Of a DNA stretch of 33,950 bases, positions 6,964-15,255 are shown one piece after another (position 1 is the first letter of the stretch; each line of letters opens with the position of its first letter). A model generated the notes under the pieces. It did not search any database and had not been told where the DNA came from. It saw nothing but the letters and a program-made list of their open reading frames with translations. The translations under genes and the position numbers were made by a program. This stretch comes from Candidatus Adlerbacteria bacterium RIFCSPHIGHO2_02_FULL_54_18 (GTDB lineage: Bacteria; Patescibacteriota; Minisyncoccia; Phycocordibacterales; SBAW01), in contig MEWV01000009.1 in NCBI GenBank assembly GCA_001775445.1, positions 1 through 33,950 on the forward strand, given 5' to 3'.

Positions 6964-7191
6964 ATGGTAGTCCGGATGCGACATACGCGCAGTCAAACCG
7001 CCAACAGGCGGTCGCACCACGCACTCCAGGCCCAAAAGCTCGCCGTGTGCGAGTGCGGCTCTCCGCGCGTGTCTCATCGCGCATGCCCCGCGTGCGGGCG
7101 CTACCGTGGGCGCATAGTGGTAGACCATGCGGCCAAGGCCTCGGCAAAGGCGGCCAAGCGCGCCAAAGCAGCCGGGCAAAAGAAGGGCTAG
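6964..7191 (+). CDS. rpmF: 50S ribosomal protein L32 (zinc-ribbon form)
   Basis: MVVRMRHTRSQTANRRSHHALQAQKLAVCECGSPRVSHRACPACGRYRGR. This shows the L32 N-terminal basic motif (RRSHHAL) and a CxC...CxxC ribbon. Confidence 0.9.
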   Translation: MVVRMRHTRSQTANRRSHHALQAQKLAVCECGSPRVSHRACPACGRYRGRIVVDHAAKASAKAAKRAKAAGQKKG

Positions 7192-7196
7192 TTGCG

Positions 7197-7205
7197 TGGT
7201 ATTCT
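7197..7205 (+). promoter_or_regulatory. extended -10-like element upstream of nusB-nudix
   Basis: TGgTATTCT is the same 9-mer as the truB element, but here it sits 53 nt from the ATG. Confidence 0.3.
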
Positions 7206-7258
7206 TTAGTTGTCGTTCTTAGTTTTGGTGTAGCGCGGTGTGTTCTCTTAAATAAGCA

Positions 7259-8185
7259 ATGGCCAACAGGCACCTCTCACGCTCAGTCGTACTCCAAACC
7301 CTCTTCGAGTGGGACTTCCGCCAATTGTCCACCGAAGCGGCAAAAGAGGCGCTCGCGCGCAACGCGAGCGAGTTTGCCCCTGCCGCTGGCGACTTGCCCT
7401 TTATGGGCGACCTCCTCGCCGGCGCCATTACGCGCAAGCCGGACCTCGACTTGGTGATAGGTAAGGCGGCCCCCGAGTGGTCTATCGAGCGTATCGCACC
7501 CGTTGACCGCAACGTCTTGCGGCTCGGACTTTTTGAGTTGTTGTTTGCCGACCGCGACAAGGTGCCGGCCAAAGTCGCCATCAACGAGGCCATCGAGCTT
7601 GCCAAGTCCTTCGGAGGTGAGCATAGCGGCCGGTTCATCAACGGTGTCCTGGGTGCCGTATACAAAGAACTCGGCGAGCCGGGCAAGGACGAAGTTTCAA
7701 AAAAGAAAAAAGACGTTCCTTATGAGCAGATGCCCGTGCAGCGGCTCGGCGGTGCAGTAGTATATGCGCGGCAGGGCAGCGAGGTGTACCTTGCGCTTGT
7801 GCACGACATCTTTGGCCACTGGACGCTCTCAAAGGGCAAAATAGGCGACGCACCCGAGATAGCAGAAGAGTCGACCGATGAGGGGACCATCCGCTCGATA
7901 AAAGAAGAGCTCGGCCTTGACATTACAATCAAAGAAAAGTTGGGGGAGAATGAGTACGTCGCCAGCGACCCCGCTACCGGTAAAAAGCGCAAGCACGTGA
8001 CTTACTTTTTGGCCGAAGCGCCCTTCAGCGAGGTGAAGCTCGAGCAGAAGGGTGGCCTCGACGACGCGCGCTGGTTCCGGCTCCAAGACGCGCTCGATCT
8101 CAACTTCTACGAAGATATGTTTCCGATTATAGAAAAAGCGGTGCAACACCTAACCGCAAAACCCATTACTAAAACAAAAATCTAA
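7259..8185 (+). CDS. nusB: NusB antitermination factor fused to a C-terminal Nudix-like domain (308 aa)
   Basis: Residues 1-138 are NusB-like (RSVVLQTLFEWDF, VDRNVLRLGLFELLF, PAKVAINEAIELAKSFG, FINGVLG). A Lys-rich linker follows (GKDEVSKKKKDVP). Residues about 161-297 are Nudix-like (GHWTLSKGKI...RSIKEELGL, KHVTYFLAE, ARWF). Confidence 0.85.
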   Translation: MANRHLSRSVVLQTLFEWDFRQLSTEAAKEALARNASEFAPAAGDLPFMGDLLAGAITRKPDLDLVIGKAAPEWSIERIAPVDRNVLRLGLFELLFADRDKVPAKVAINEAIELAKSFGGEHSGRFINGVLGAVYKELGEPGKDEVSKKKKDVPYEQMPVQRLGGAVVYARQGSEVYLALVHDIFGHWTLSKGKIGDAPEIAEESTDEGTIRSIKEELGLDITIKEKLGENEYVASDPATGKKRKHVTYFLAEAPFSEVKLEQKGGLDDARWFRLQDALDLNFYEDMFPIIEKAVQHLTAKPITKTKI

Positions 8186-8193
8186 TACTCATC

Positions 8194-8886
8194 GTGCCTA
8201 AAGATTTTCAAACATTTCAGCAGGCGATAGGCGTCGAGTTTAATGACCTAAACTTATTGCGACAGGCCTTTACGCACCGTTCATATCTCAACGAGCACCG
8301 TGACGAGAGTGTTGGTCACAACGAGCGGCTCGAGTTTCTTGGCGACGCGGTGTTGGAGCTTATTGCGACTCATTTTTTGTATCAAAAATTTCCCGCCGAG
8401 GCAGAAGGCGATCTCACTGCCTATCGCGCGGCGTTGGTGAACGCAGTAACCTGCGCGGAGGTGGCGCAAGACATCGGGATGAACGACTTTTTACTACTTT
8501 CCCGCGGCGAGCAAAAGGACACCGGTCGCGCGCGCAGCATCCTGCTCGCCAACGCTTTTGAGGCGCTGGTCGGCGCCCTCTACCTCGACCAAGGATATGA
8601 GGCCGCACAAAAGTTTATTACCGCACATCTCTTTCCAAAAATAGACGAGATAATCCGGCGCAAACTCTGGCAGGACGCCAAGTCGGCGCTCCAGGAAAAG
8701 GCGCAGGAGCGGGAGGGCATCACCCCACACTATACGGTGCTGCGAGAGACCGGCCCCGACCACGACAAGCATTTTGTCGTCGGTGTATATATAAAAGACA
8801 CGCTTCTTGCGCAGGGCGACGGCAAGTCCAAACAGGAGGCCGAGCAATCAGCCGCCCGCGCGGCACTCGACAAAAAGGGGTGGTAA
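8194..8886 (+). CDS. rnc: ribonuclease III
   Basis: ERLEFLGDAVLEL signature and FEALVGALYLD. C-terminal dsRBD (GPDHDKHFVVGVYI...GKSKQEAEQSAARAAL). GTG start 8 nt after the nusB stop. Confidence 0.9.
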   Translation: MPKDFQTFQQAIGVEFNDLNLLRQAFTHRSYLNEHRDESVGHNERLEFLGDAVLELIATHFLYQKFPAEAEGDLTAYRAALVNAVTCAEVAQDIGMNDFLLLSRGEQKDTGRARSILLANAFEALVGALYLDQGYEAAQKFITAHLFPKIDEIIRRKLWQDAKSALQEKAQEREGITPHYTVLRETGPDHDKHFVVGVYIKDTLLAQGDGKSKQEAEQSAARAALDKKGW

Positions 8887-8916
8887 GGGTCGCTAGCACT
8901 GCGAGGCCGATTTTTT

Positions 8917-8925
8917 TGATACAAT
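8917..8925 (+). promoter_or_regulatory. extended -10 element for leaderless smc
   Basis: TGaTACAAT, then 7 nt (agccgta), then ATG at 8933. A T7 run precedes it. Confidence 0.5.
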
Positions 8926-8932
8926 AGCCGTA

Positions 8933-11092
8933 ATGCGACTAAAGTCGATAGAACTCACGGGGTTTAAATCGTTTTCCAAAAAGACAGCTCTTGAGTTTGG
9001 CTCCTCTATCACTGCCATTGTAGGGCCGAACGGCTCGGGCAAGTCCAACATTGCGGAGTCCTTTCGTTTCGTGCTCGGCGAGCAGTCCATCAAGAGTATG
9101 CGCGGCAAGCGCGGTGAGGACTTGATATGGAACGGTTCGAGCAGCACTCCGCGCGCTGGGCGTGCGGGAGTCACACTCGTCTTCGACAATGCCGACAGAG
9201 CGCTCACTCTCGACTTTGATGAGGTTGTTGTGGAGCGTATGGTGCACCGCGGCGGCAGCAACGACTACGTTTTAAACGGCTCGCACGTACGGTTGCGTGA
9301 CATCGCTGGCCTTCTTAGTCAGGCCAACATAGGCGCCTCCGGCCATCATATAATCTCGCAGGGCGAGGCCGACCGCATTCTCTCCTCCTCGGCTCGCGAG
9401 CGCCGCGAGATGATAGAGGACGCGCTCGGTCTCACCGGCTATCTGTACAAACGCGAGGAGGCAGAGCGTAAGCTTCTCAAAACCGCCGAACATATGAAAG
9501 AGGTCGGCGCTCTGCGCCGCGAGCTCCTGCCTCATTTGAAATTTCTGAGTGTTCAAGTAAAAAAGATAGAAGACGCGACAAAATTGCGAGAAGAGGTAGC
9601 ACAACATTATACAGAATATCTCGGGCGCGAGGATGTATATGTAAGGGCGGCGCGCGCCGAGCTTTCCGAAGGGGAAAGCCCGCAGAATGAGCGTCGTCTA
9701 CTCGACAAAAATATTGAGCGACTGCGCGCGCAGTTGGCGCGCAAGCACGATGCCGACAGTGACGAGTTGGTGGCGCTTGAGCGGCGCGGCCGCGATATCT
9801 CAAAGGAGCGCGAGCGTCTCTCGCGTGAGCTAGGCGCCGTTGAGGGAGAGTTGCGCGCAGTCGAGCGGCTGGCCGGGCAGGAGGGTACTGTGCCGCTTGC
9901 CGAAGCACGCAGCTTCGGCGAGCGGATAGTGCAGATGGCCGAGGGGGCGCACTGGGCCGACATAGGTGCACTTGCGCGCGCTTTTTTGCAAAAAATTTCT
10001 CTCCACGCAGGGGGCACTGCGCAAGGGGAGTTGGCTCAACAGCGCCGCGAGCTCGGACACTCTCTTAAAGCACTGGAGGCGCAGGAAGAGGAGGTTCATA
10101 CAAAAGTTTCCGCACTGCGGAGCGCGATAGAGAGCGAAAAGGATGCCGGCCGCGATGCCGAGCGCGAGCTTTTTGCCGCGATGTCACGCCGTAGCGAGCT
10201 TGAGACAGCGCTCGCGGCCCTGCGTGCGCGCAGCGAGCTACTCGAACGCGAAGAAGCGCGGTTTAAAGAGGAGTTAAGAGAGGCCGCGGTACTGCTTGGC
10301 CGTGTGCCGGAGTATAGAGGGGAGATGGTGTTTGACGATGAACCCCGGAGCGGTCAGGAAGACCGCCGTCGCCGTCTTGAGCGCCTCAAAATTCGGCTCG
10401 AAGAGGCGGGCTTGGGCAACAGCCGCGAAGTGCTCGAGGAGTACAGGGAGACCTCCGAGCGCGATGCTTTTTTGGAGCGTGAGATAGGCGACATGGAGCG
10501 CAGTACCGAGTCGCTACGCCGGCTCATCGAGGAGCTGACCGAGACACTGCAGACGCGTTTTGAGGAGGGTATCGGCCACATCACCAAGGAGTTTAACGAT
10601 TTCTTTGTACTGATGTTCGGCGGCGGCTCGGCCTCGCTTGCGGTGGTCAAGGAGAGTCGGCTTAGGCGCGTGGCTTCCTCGCCCTTACTCGAGGGAGAGG
10701 AGGACGAGGATGATGAAGAGGAGGATGTCGAGGTGGAGGAGGGGATAGAGATTACCGTCTCTATTCCACACAAGAGGGTCAAGGGGCTCCATATGCTCTC
10801 CGGCGGGGAGCGCGCGCTCACTTCTATCGCGCTTATTTTTGCGATGTCGGCGGTAAATCCGCCACCATTTCTTATTCTTGACGAGACCGATGCCGCGCTC
10901 GACGAGGCCAACTCGCGCCGCTACGGTGATATGATAGAAAATCTCTCGCGCAAGTCCCAACTTATTTTAATTACGCACAACCGCGAAACAATGTCCCGCG
11001 CCGGCGTTCTCTACGGCGTCACCATGGGTGCCGATGGCGCCTCGAAGTTGTTGTCGGTAAAATTTGAAGAGGCGCTTGCCGTAGCGAATTAA
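8933..11092 (+). CDS. smc: SMC-family chromosome segregation ATPase, unusually short (719 aa), no hinge domain visible
   Basis: Canonical SMC N-head (MRLKSIELTGFKSFSKKT..IVGPNGSGKSNIAESFRFVLGEQSIKSMRG). C-head has the signature LSGGERALTSIAL and Walker B FLILDETDAALD. Long heptad-rich Arg/Glu/Leu segments lie between. The position after rnc is conserved synteny. Confidence 0.85.
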   Translation: MRLKSIELTGFKSFSKKTALEFGSSITAIVGPNGSGKSNIAESFRFVLGEQSIKSMRGKRGEDLIWNGSSSTPRAGRAGVTLVFDNADRALTLDFDEVVVERMVHRGGSNDYVLNGSHVRLRDIAGLLSQANIGASGHHIISQGEADRILSSSARERREMIEDALGLTGYLYKREEAERKLLKTAEHMKEVGALRRELLPHLKFLSVQVKKIEDATKLREEVAQHYTEYLGREDVYVRAARAELSEGESPQNERRLLDKNIERLRAQLARKHDADSDELVALERRGRDISKERERLSRELGAVEGELRAVERLAGQEGTVPLAEARSFGERIVQMAEGAHWADIGALARAFLQKISLHAGGTAQGELAQQRRELGHSLKALEAQEEEVHTKVSALRSAIESEKDAGRDAERELFAAMSRRSELETALAALRARSELLEREEARFKEELREAAVLLGRVPEYRGEMVFDDEPRSGQEDRRRRLERLKIRLEEAGLGNSREVLEEYRETSERDAFLEREIGDMERSTESLRRLIEELTETLQTRFEEGIGHITKEFNDFFVLMFGGGSASLAVVKESRLRRVASSPLLEGEEDEDDEEEDVEVEEGIEITVSIPHKRVKGLHMLSGGERALTSIALIFAMSAVNPPPFLILDETDAALDEANSRRYGDMIENLSRKSQLILITHNRETMSRAGVLYGVTMGADGASKLLSVKFEEALAVAN

Positions 11093-11113
11093 CAACTATA
11101 TGCTTTTGACATT

Positions 11114-12421
11114 ATGAGAACTAATATCGTCGCATCGGGAGCTGATGAGCTTTCCTACGAGATACGCGAGATAGTCGACTTCGGCAAGCAGGTTGAGTCA
11201 CTCGGGGTGACTATGATATGGGAGAACATCGGCGACCCGGTTGCTAAGGGCGAAAAGATTCCGCCGTGGATAAAAGAACTGATAGCCAAAGCGTTGACCG
11301 ACGATAAGACTTTTGCCTACTCTCCGACCAAAGGATTGTTGGAGACGCGGGAATTCCTTTCCCTCTCTCGCAGAGAGGCGGGGGACGGAAACCTGGATCC
11401 GGAGGATATTCTCTTTTTCAACGGACTCGGCGACGCAGTGTCAAAAGTGTACACTAATCTTAACGAGAACGCGCGCGTCATCGGTCCTTCTCCGGCGTAT
11501 CCGACCCATTCATCGGCCGAGGCGGCGCATGCAGGATCTCGCCACCTGACCTACGAGCTTAATCCAGGGCGCAACTGGCTTCCGGATATCAACGATTTGC
11601 GCAACAAGGTTGCTTATAACGAGTCTATCGCCGGCATACTCATCATCAATCCGGATAATCCGACCGGCATGATATACCCCAAGCGAATCCTCAAGGAAAT
11701 GGTCTCAATAGCCAAGGAGTATGATCTGTTTTTGATATCGGATGAGATATACGCGAACATCGAATATGGCTCCGACGCGTTTGTGCCGCTTTCGCGACTG
11801 CTCGACGGCGTGCCCGCCATCATTATGCGGGGACTGTCGAAGGAAGTGCCGTGGCCGGGCGCGCGCTGCGGCTGGATAGAAGTCTACAACAAGGAAAACG
11901 ACCCTGTCTTCGCCCGCTATATAAAGTCGATTAATGACGCAAAAATGCTCGAAGTGTGCTCTACCACCCTGCCGCAAAAAGTGCTGCCCGATATTTTGTC
12001 TGACGCGCGCTACAAGGAATATCTGCAGAGCCGCCGCGACGCGTACAGCAAGCGGGCTGACATCGCGCACGCGGCAATCCGCAAAATCCCTTATGTGTCG
12101 ATGGTTAAGCCCTCGGGCGCGTTTTATGTAACGGTCACTTTTGACGACAATACTCTTTCCAACGCTCAGCATCTGCCTGTGGAAAACGCGGCTGTGCGCG
12201 CGTTGGTCGAAGAGACGACTGCCGCGTTCAACCCGTACCAGTTCGACAAACGCTTTGCCTACTACCTCATGGCCGCGTACGGATTGTGTGTGGTACCGCT
12301 CTCGGGCTTTAATACGAATCTGCACGGATTCCGGATGACTTTGCTTGAGGAAGATCCGGCGGTGTTTAAAAAAACCCTCGACATTCTTGCCGAGGCCATT
12401 CCCAAATATACTGCGTCCTAG
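11114..12421 (+). CDS. PLP-dependent aminotransferase, class I/II (alanine/aspartate aminotransferase-like)
   Basis: IINPDNPTG, ISDEIYANIEY, and GLSKEVPWPGARCGW (the SK...R.G pyridoxal-Lys region). Confidence 0.8.
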   Translation: MRTNIVASGADELSYEIREIVDFGKQVESLGVTMIWENIGDPVAKGEKIPPWIKELIAKALTDDKTFAYSPTKGLLETREFLSLSRREAGDGNLDPEDILFFNGLGDAVSKVYTNLNENARVIGPSPAYPTHSSAEAAHAGSRHLTYELNPGRNWLPDINDLRNKVAYNESIAGILIINPDNPTGMIYPKRILKEMVSIAKEYDLFLISDEIYANIEYGSDAFVPLSRLLDGVPAIIMRGLSKEVPWPGARCGWIEVYNKENDPVFARYIKSINDAKMLEVCSTTLPQKVLPDILSDARYKEYLQSRRDAYSKRADIAHAAIRKIPYVSMVKPSGAFYVTVTFDDNTLSNAQHLPVENAAVRALVEETTAAFNPYQFDKRFAYYLMAAYGLCVVPLSGFNTNLHGFRMTLLEEDPAVFKKTLDILAEAIPKYTAS

Positions 12422-14376
12422 CGGACGAGTTCGAAATCAAGCTGTCGAGCTGCAAGGTCTGCGGCGATCAGCTTTACGCGCACGGAGTCCCCGAGCGCGT
12501 ATTTTTTTTGCGTTTTCTGCCCCACGAGTGCATATTCTTTTGCCGAGTAGTTATAGAAATCATCGCCCAGAGCGCGCACGCGCACGAGGCCCTCGGCCGA
12601 GCTCGCTTTGTCCTCGACATATAGCCCCCAGTCGGTCACACCCGATATAACTGCCTCAAAAGTTTGTCCAACTTTGTCCTGCATATACTCAACCAATTTA
12701 TACTTAATCGATTCGCGCTCGGCCGAGACCGCTTCGGCCTCTTGCTCGCTTGCAGTGAGACACATCTTTTCTAGATCACCGAACTCTTTGTTGGTCAGCG
12801 GATGCCCGTCGAGATGACTCTCGAGTATGCGGTGTGCCAGCATATCCGGGTAGCGTCGTATAGGGGATGTAAAGTGCGTATAATACTCGAATGAAAGACC
12901 AAAGTGGCCGAGATTTTTGGTCGTGTATATGGCCTTGGCCATCGAGCGCAGGGTGGCGGTGCGGATAAGGTGCTGCTCCGGTTTGCCCTCTATCTGTTTG
13001 AGTAGTCCTTGGATATCCTTGGCCGAGTATGTGCCCTTTTTTTTATTAAACTCGTATCCTATGGCGCGCACAAAGATTCCGAGCTCCTCTATGCGGTCCT
13101 GCTTTGGCTCATCGTGGATGCGGTACAAAAAGACAGCGTTGCTGCCGGGGACCGCTTTGGCGAGTTTTGAGACATAGGCCGCTACTTCGCGGTTGGCCAG
13201 GAGCATAAACTCCTCGATGAGCCAGTTGGTGTCTATACGCTCTTTGCGTTTGACCGAGAGCACCGTGCCGTCCTCGGCGAGTTTAAACGCAACCTCGTTG
13301 TCGCCAAAGTCGATAGCACCCTCGTCAAATCTGCGTTTGCGCATAATAGTGGCAAGATCCTTAAACGCTTTAAGCTCTTTTAGATACGGGCCTTCCCCAG
13401 TGTCGAGTACTTTCTGCGCCTCTTCGTAGGTAAAGCGCTTGTCGGAGCGTATCACCGACTTTGTAAACGTCTGCTTAAGCACCCGCGCGTTTTTGTCGAG
13501 TATAAATAACGCAGAAAAAGTGAGCCGGTCTTCATCGGGCTTCAGTGAGGCGATTCCGGCGGAGAGTGCATGAGGGAGCATGGGGATTGTTGCATCAACA
13601 AGGTAGACGCTGGTGCCGCGCTTTGCCGCCTCTTCGCCGATAGCAGTGCCCGGCCGGGCAAAAAAGGATGCGTCGGCAATATGGACTCCTACCTCATAGT
13701 TTCCGTCCGGAAGTTCGCGCAGCGAAAGTGCATCGTCGAAGTCCTTGGCGGTTATGGGGTCGATGGTCATAGTGGGGAGGCCGCGGTAGTCGGCTCTTTT
13801 TGGAAGTTCGCTCGCGATTATGCGCGCGTGATTTTTTTCGAGTTCGGCCGCTTCGCGCTCGACCTCGGGAGGAAAAGATGTTTTGAAACCGTGCTCCATC
13901 ACAATCGCATTCATCTCGACGCGATGCTCGCCCGCTTTTCCTATCGTTTCTATTACTCGGCCGGTGGCGGTCGTGCCGTCGAAACTAAGTAACTCCACCA
14001 GCACTTTGGTGCCCTCTGTGTGCGAGCCGGAGATGGTGATAGAGACAGGGAAGCGCGCGTCATCCGGCAGGACCACGCCGCCCTTTACCGTGCCAACAAA
14101 TTCCGTCTTTGCGCGCTCGACAATTTTTTTGACGCGGCCGCGTGGCCGCGGCACAATGCTCAAGAGCTCCACTTCGACCTGATCGCCGTTTAAGGCGCCG
14201 TTCAACTTTTCGGGGAATATCTCTATATCCTCCCTTAGCTCTTTACCCTCTGCGGTGTCGAAGGGCCAAGGCATATACCCCGTGCCTTTGCGGGTTACCT
14301 CTACAATGCCGGATAGGAGTTTCTTTTCCCCGGCTGCGCCTTTTGGCGCGGTCTTTTTTACCTTATTTCTGGGCAC
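12418..14376 (-). CDS. rnr: ribonuclease R / RNB-family 3'-5' exoribonuclease
   Basis: RNB motifs (TIDPITAKDFDDALS, SVYLVDATIPMLP, HFGLSFEYYTHFTSPIRRYPDMLAHR). C-terminal S1 domain (GQTFEAVISGVTDWGLYVE). GTG start. Confidence 0.9.
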   Translation of the reverse strand: MPRNKVKKTAPKGAAGEKKLLSGIVEVTRKGTGYMPWPFDTAEGKELREDIEIFPEKLNGALNGDQVEVELLSIVPRPRGRVKKIVERAKTEFVGTVKGGVVLPDDARFPVSITISGSHTEGTKVLVELLSFDGTTATGRVIETIGKAGEHRVEMNAIVMEHGFKTSFPPEVEREAAELEKNHARIIASELPKRADYRGLPTMTIDPITAKDFDDALSLRELPDGNYEVGVHIADASFFARPGTAIGEEAAKRGTSVYLVDATIPMLPHALSAGIASLKPDEDRLTFSALFILDKNARVLKQTFTKSVIRSDKRFTYEEAQKVLDTGEGPYLKELKAFKDLATIMRKRRFDEGAIDFGDNEVAFKLAEDGTVLSVKRKERIDTNWLIEEFMLLANREVAAYVSKLAKAVPGSNAVFLYRIHDEPKQDRIEELGIFVRAIGYEFNKKKGTYSAKDIQGLLKQIEGKPEQHLIRTATLRSMAKAIYTTKNLGHFGLSFEYYTHFTSPIRRYPDMLAHRILESHLDGHPLTNKEFGDLEKMCLTASEQEAEAVSAERESIKYKLVEYMQDKVGQTFEAVISGVTDWGLYVEDKASSAEGLVRVRALGDDFYNYSAKEYALVGQKTQKKYALGDSVRVKLIAADLAARQLDFELVR

Positions 14377-14384
14377 TTATTGCT

Positions 14385-14393
14385 ATTATAACA
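14385..14393 (-). promoter_or_regulatory. extended -10 element for rnr
   Basis: The minus strand reads TGtTATAAT, then 8 nt (agcaataa), then GTG at 14376. Confidence 0.45.
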
Positions 14394-14399
14394 CGCCTG

Positions 14400-14408
14400 T
14401 GCTAAAGT
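14400..14408 (+). promoter_or_regulatory. extended -10 element for leaderless rpsP
   Basis: TGcTAAAGT, then 7 nt (gtcgccc), then ATG at 14416. Confidence 0.5.
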
Positions 14409-14415
14409 GTCGCCC

Positions 14416-14832
14416 ATGCTTACTATACGACTCACCCGCGTCGGCAAAAAGAAAGACGGCTCCTTCCGCGTGATTGTTATCGACTCTAAACGCAAGGTGC
14501 AAGCGGGCAACTATCTGGAGATGGTGGGCTCCTACGACCCGCGGGTAAACCGCGCCGATCTTAAGGCCGACCGCATCACCCACTGGCTCTCGATGGGCGC
14601 AACCGTCTCCGACACCGTGCACAATCTTCTGGTGTCGCAAAAAATAATCGACGCCAAGAAGATAAACGTCTTGCCGAAAAAGACGGTGCCTAAAACAGAG
14701 GAGGTTAAAGAAGAGGTAAAAGAAGAGACGCCCGCTGCCGCCGAGGGCTCCAGCGAGACGCCTGCTGCCGCCGAGGGCTCCAGCGAGGCAAAGGAGGATA
14801 ACGAGGTTGCAACGGAAGAGCCGGCACAATAG
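14416..14832 (+). CDS. rpsP: 30S ribosomal protein S16 with an acidic C-terminal extension
   Basis: MLTIRLTRVGKKKDGSFRVIVIDSKRKVQAGNYLEMVGSYDP is the S16 core. The tail is rich in E/K/A and contains a duplicated ETPAAAEGSS unit. Confidence 0.9.
   Translation: MLTIRLTRVGKKKDGSFRVIVIDSKRKVQAGNYLEMVGSYDPRVNRADLKADRITHWLSMGATVSDTVHNLLVSQKIIDAKKINVLPKKTVPKTEEVKEEVKEETPAAAEGSSETPAAAEGSSEAKEDNEVATEEPAQ
14725..14784 (+). repeat. 30-bp tandem duplication (two copies, one mismatch) inside the rpsP tail
   Basis: gagacgcccgctgccgccgagggctccagc at 14725-14754 and gagacgcctgctgccgccgagggctccagc at 14755-14784. Confidence 0.9.
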
Positions 14833-14872
14833 AATAGAAACAGGTTCGGTTTAATAAATTAAATATACAGAT

Positions 14873-15250
14873 ATGGCAGAACGCGACCAGGAATTTTTGG
14901 AGTTTGTAGTCAAAGGGCTTGTCGAGCATCCAGGAGAGGTTAAGGTCACCCGCGTTGTCGACGAAATGGGAGTGCTTTTGACACTTGATCTCAATGCCGA
15001 GGACATGGGCAAGGTCATCGGTAGGTCGGGCAACACCGCCAAGGCAATCCGCACGCTTCTGCGTGTGGTCGGGATGAAGCACAACGCCCGTGTTAACCTC
15101 AAAATAAACGAGCCGGCCGGCGGCCGCCTCGATGGCGCCGCGCCATCGGGCGGAGCGGCAGCGCAGGGTTGGGACGGCACACATGAGCCGGCAGCCACCC
15201 CCGCGCTCAAATCGGTAGACGAGGCAATGGACGACCTGTCCAAGTTTTAG
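14873..15250 (+). CDS. KH-domain RNA-binding protein (YlqC/KhpA-like) with a C-terminal extension
   Basis: VKVTRVVDEMGVLLTLDLNAEDMGKVIGRSGNTAKAIRTLL carries the GxxG KH motif. The position between rpsP and trmD is the conserved one. TAAATA sits 7 nt upstream of the ATG. Confidence 0.8.
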   Translation: MAERDQEFLEFVVKGLVEHPGEVKVTRVVDEMGVLLTLDLNAEDMGKVIGRSGNTAKAIRTLLRVVGMKHNARVNLKINEPAGGRLDGAAPSGGAAAQGWDGTHEPAATPALKSVDEAMDDLSKF

Positions 15251-15255
15251 CTCCT

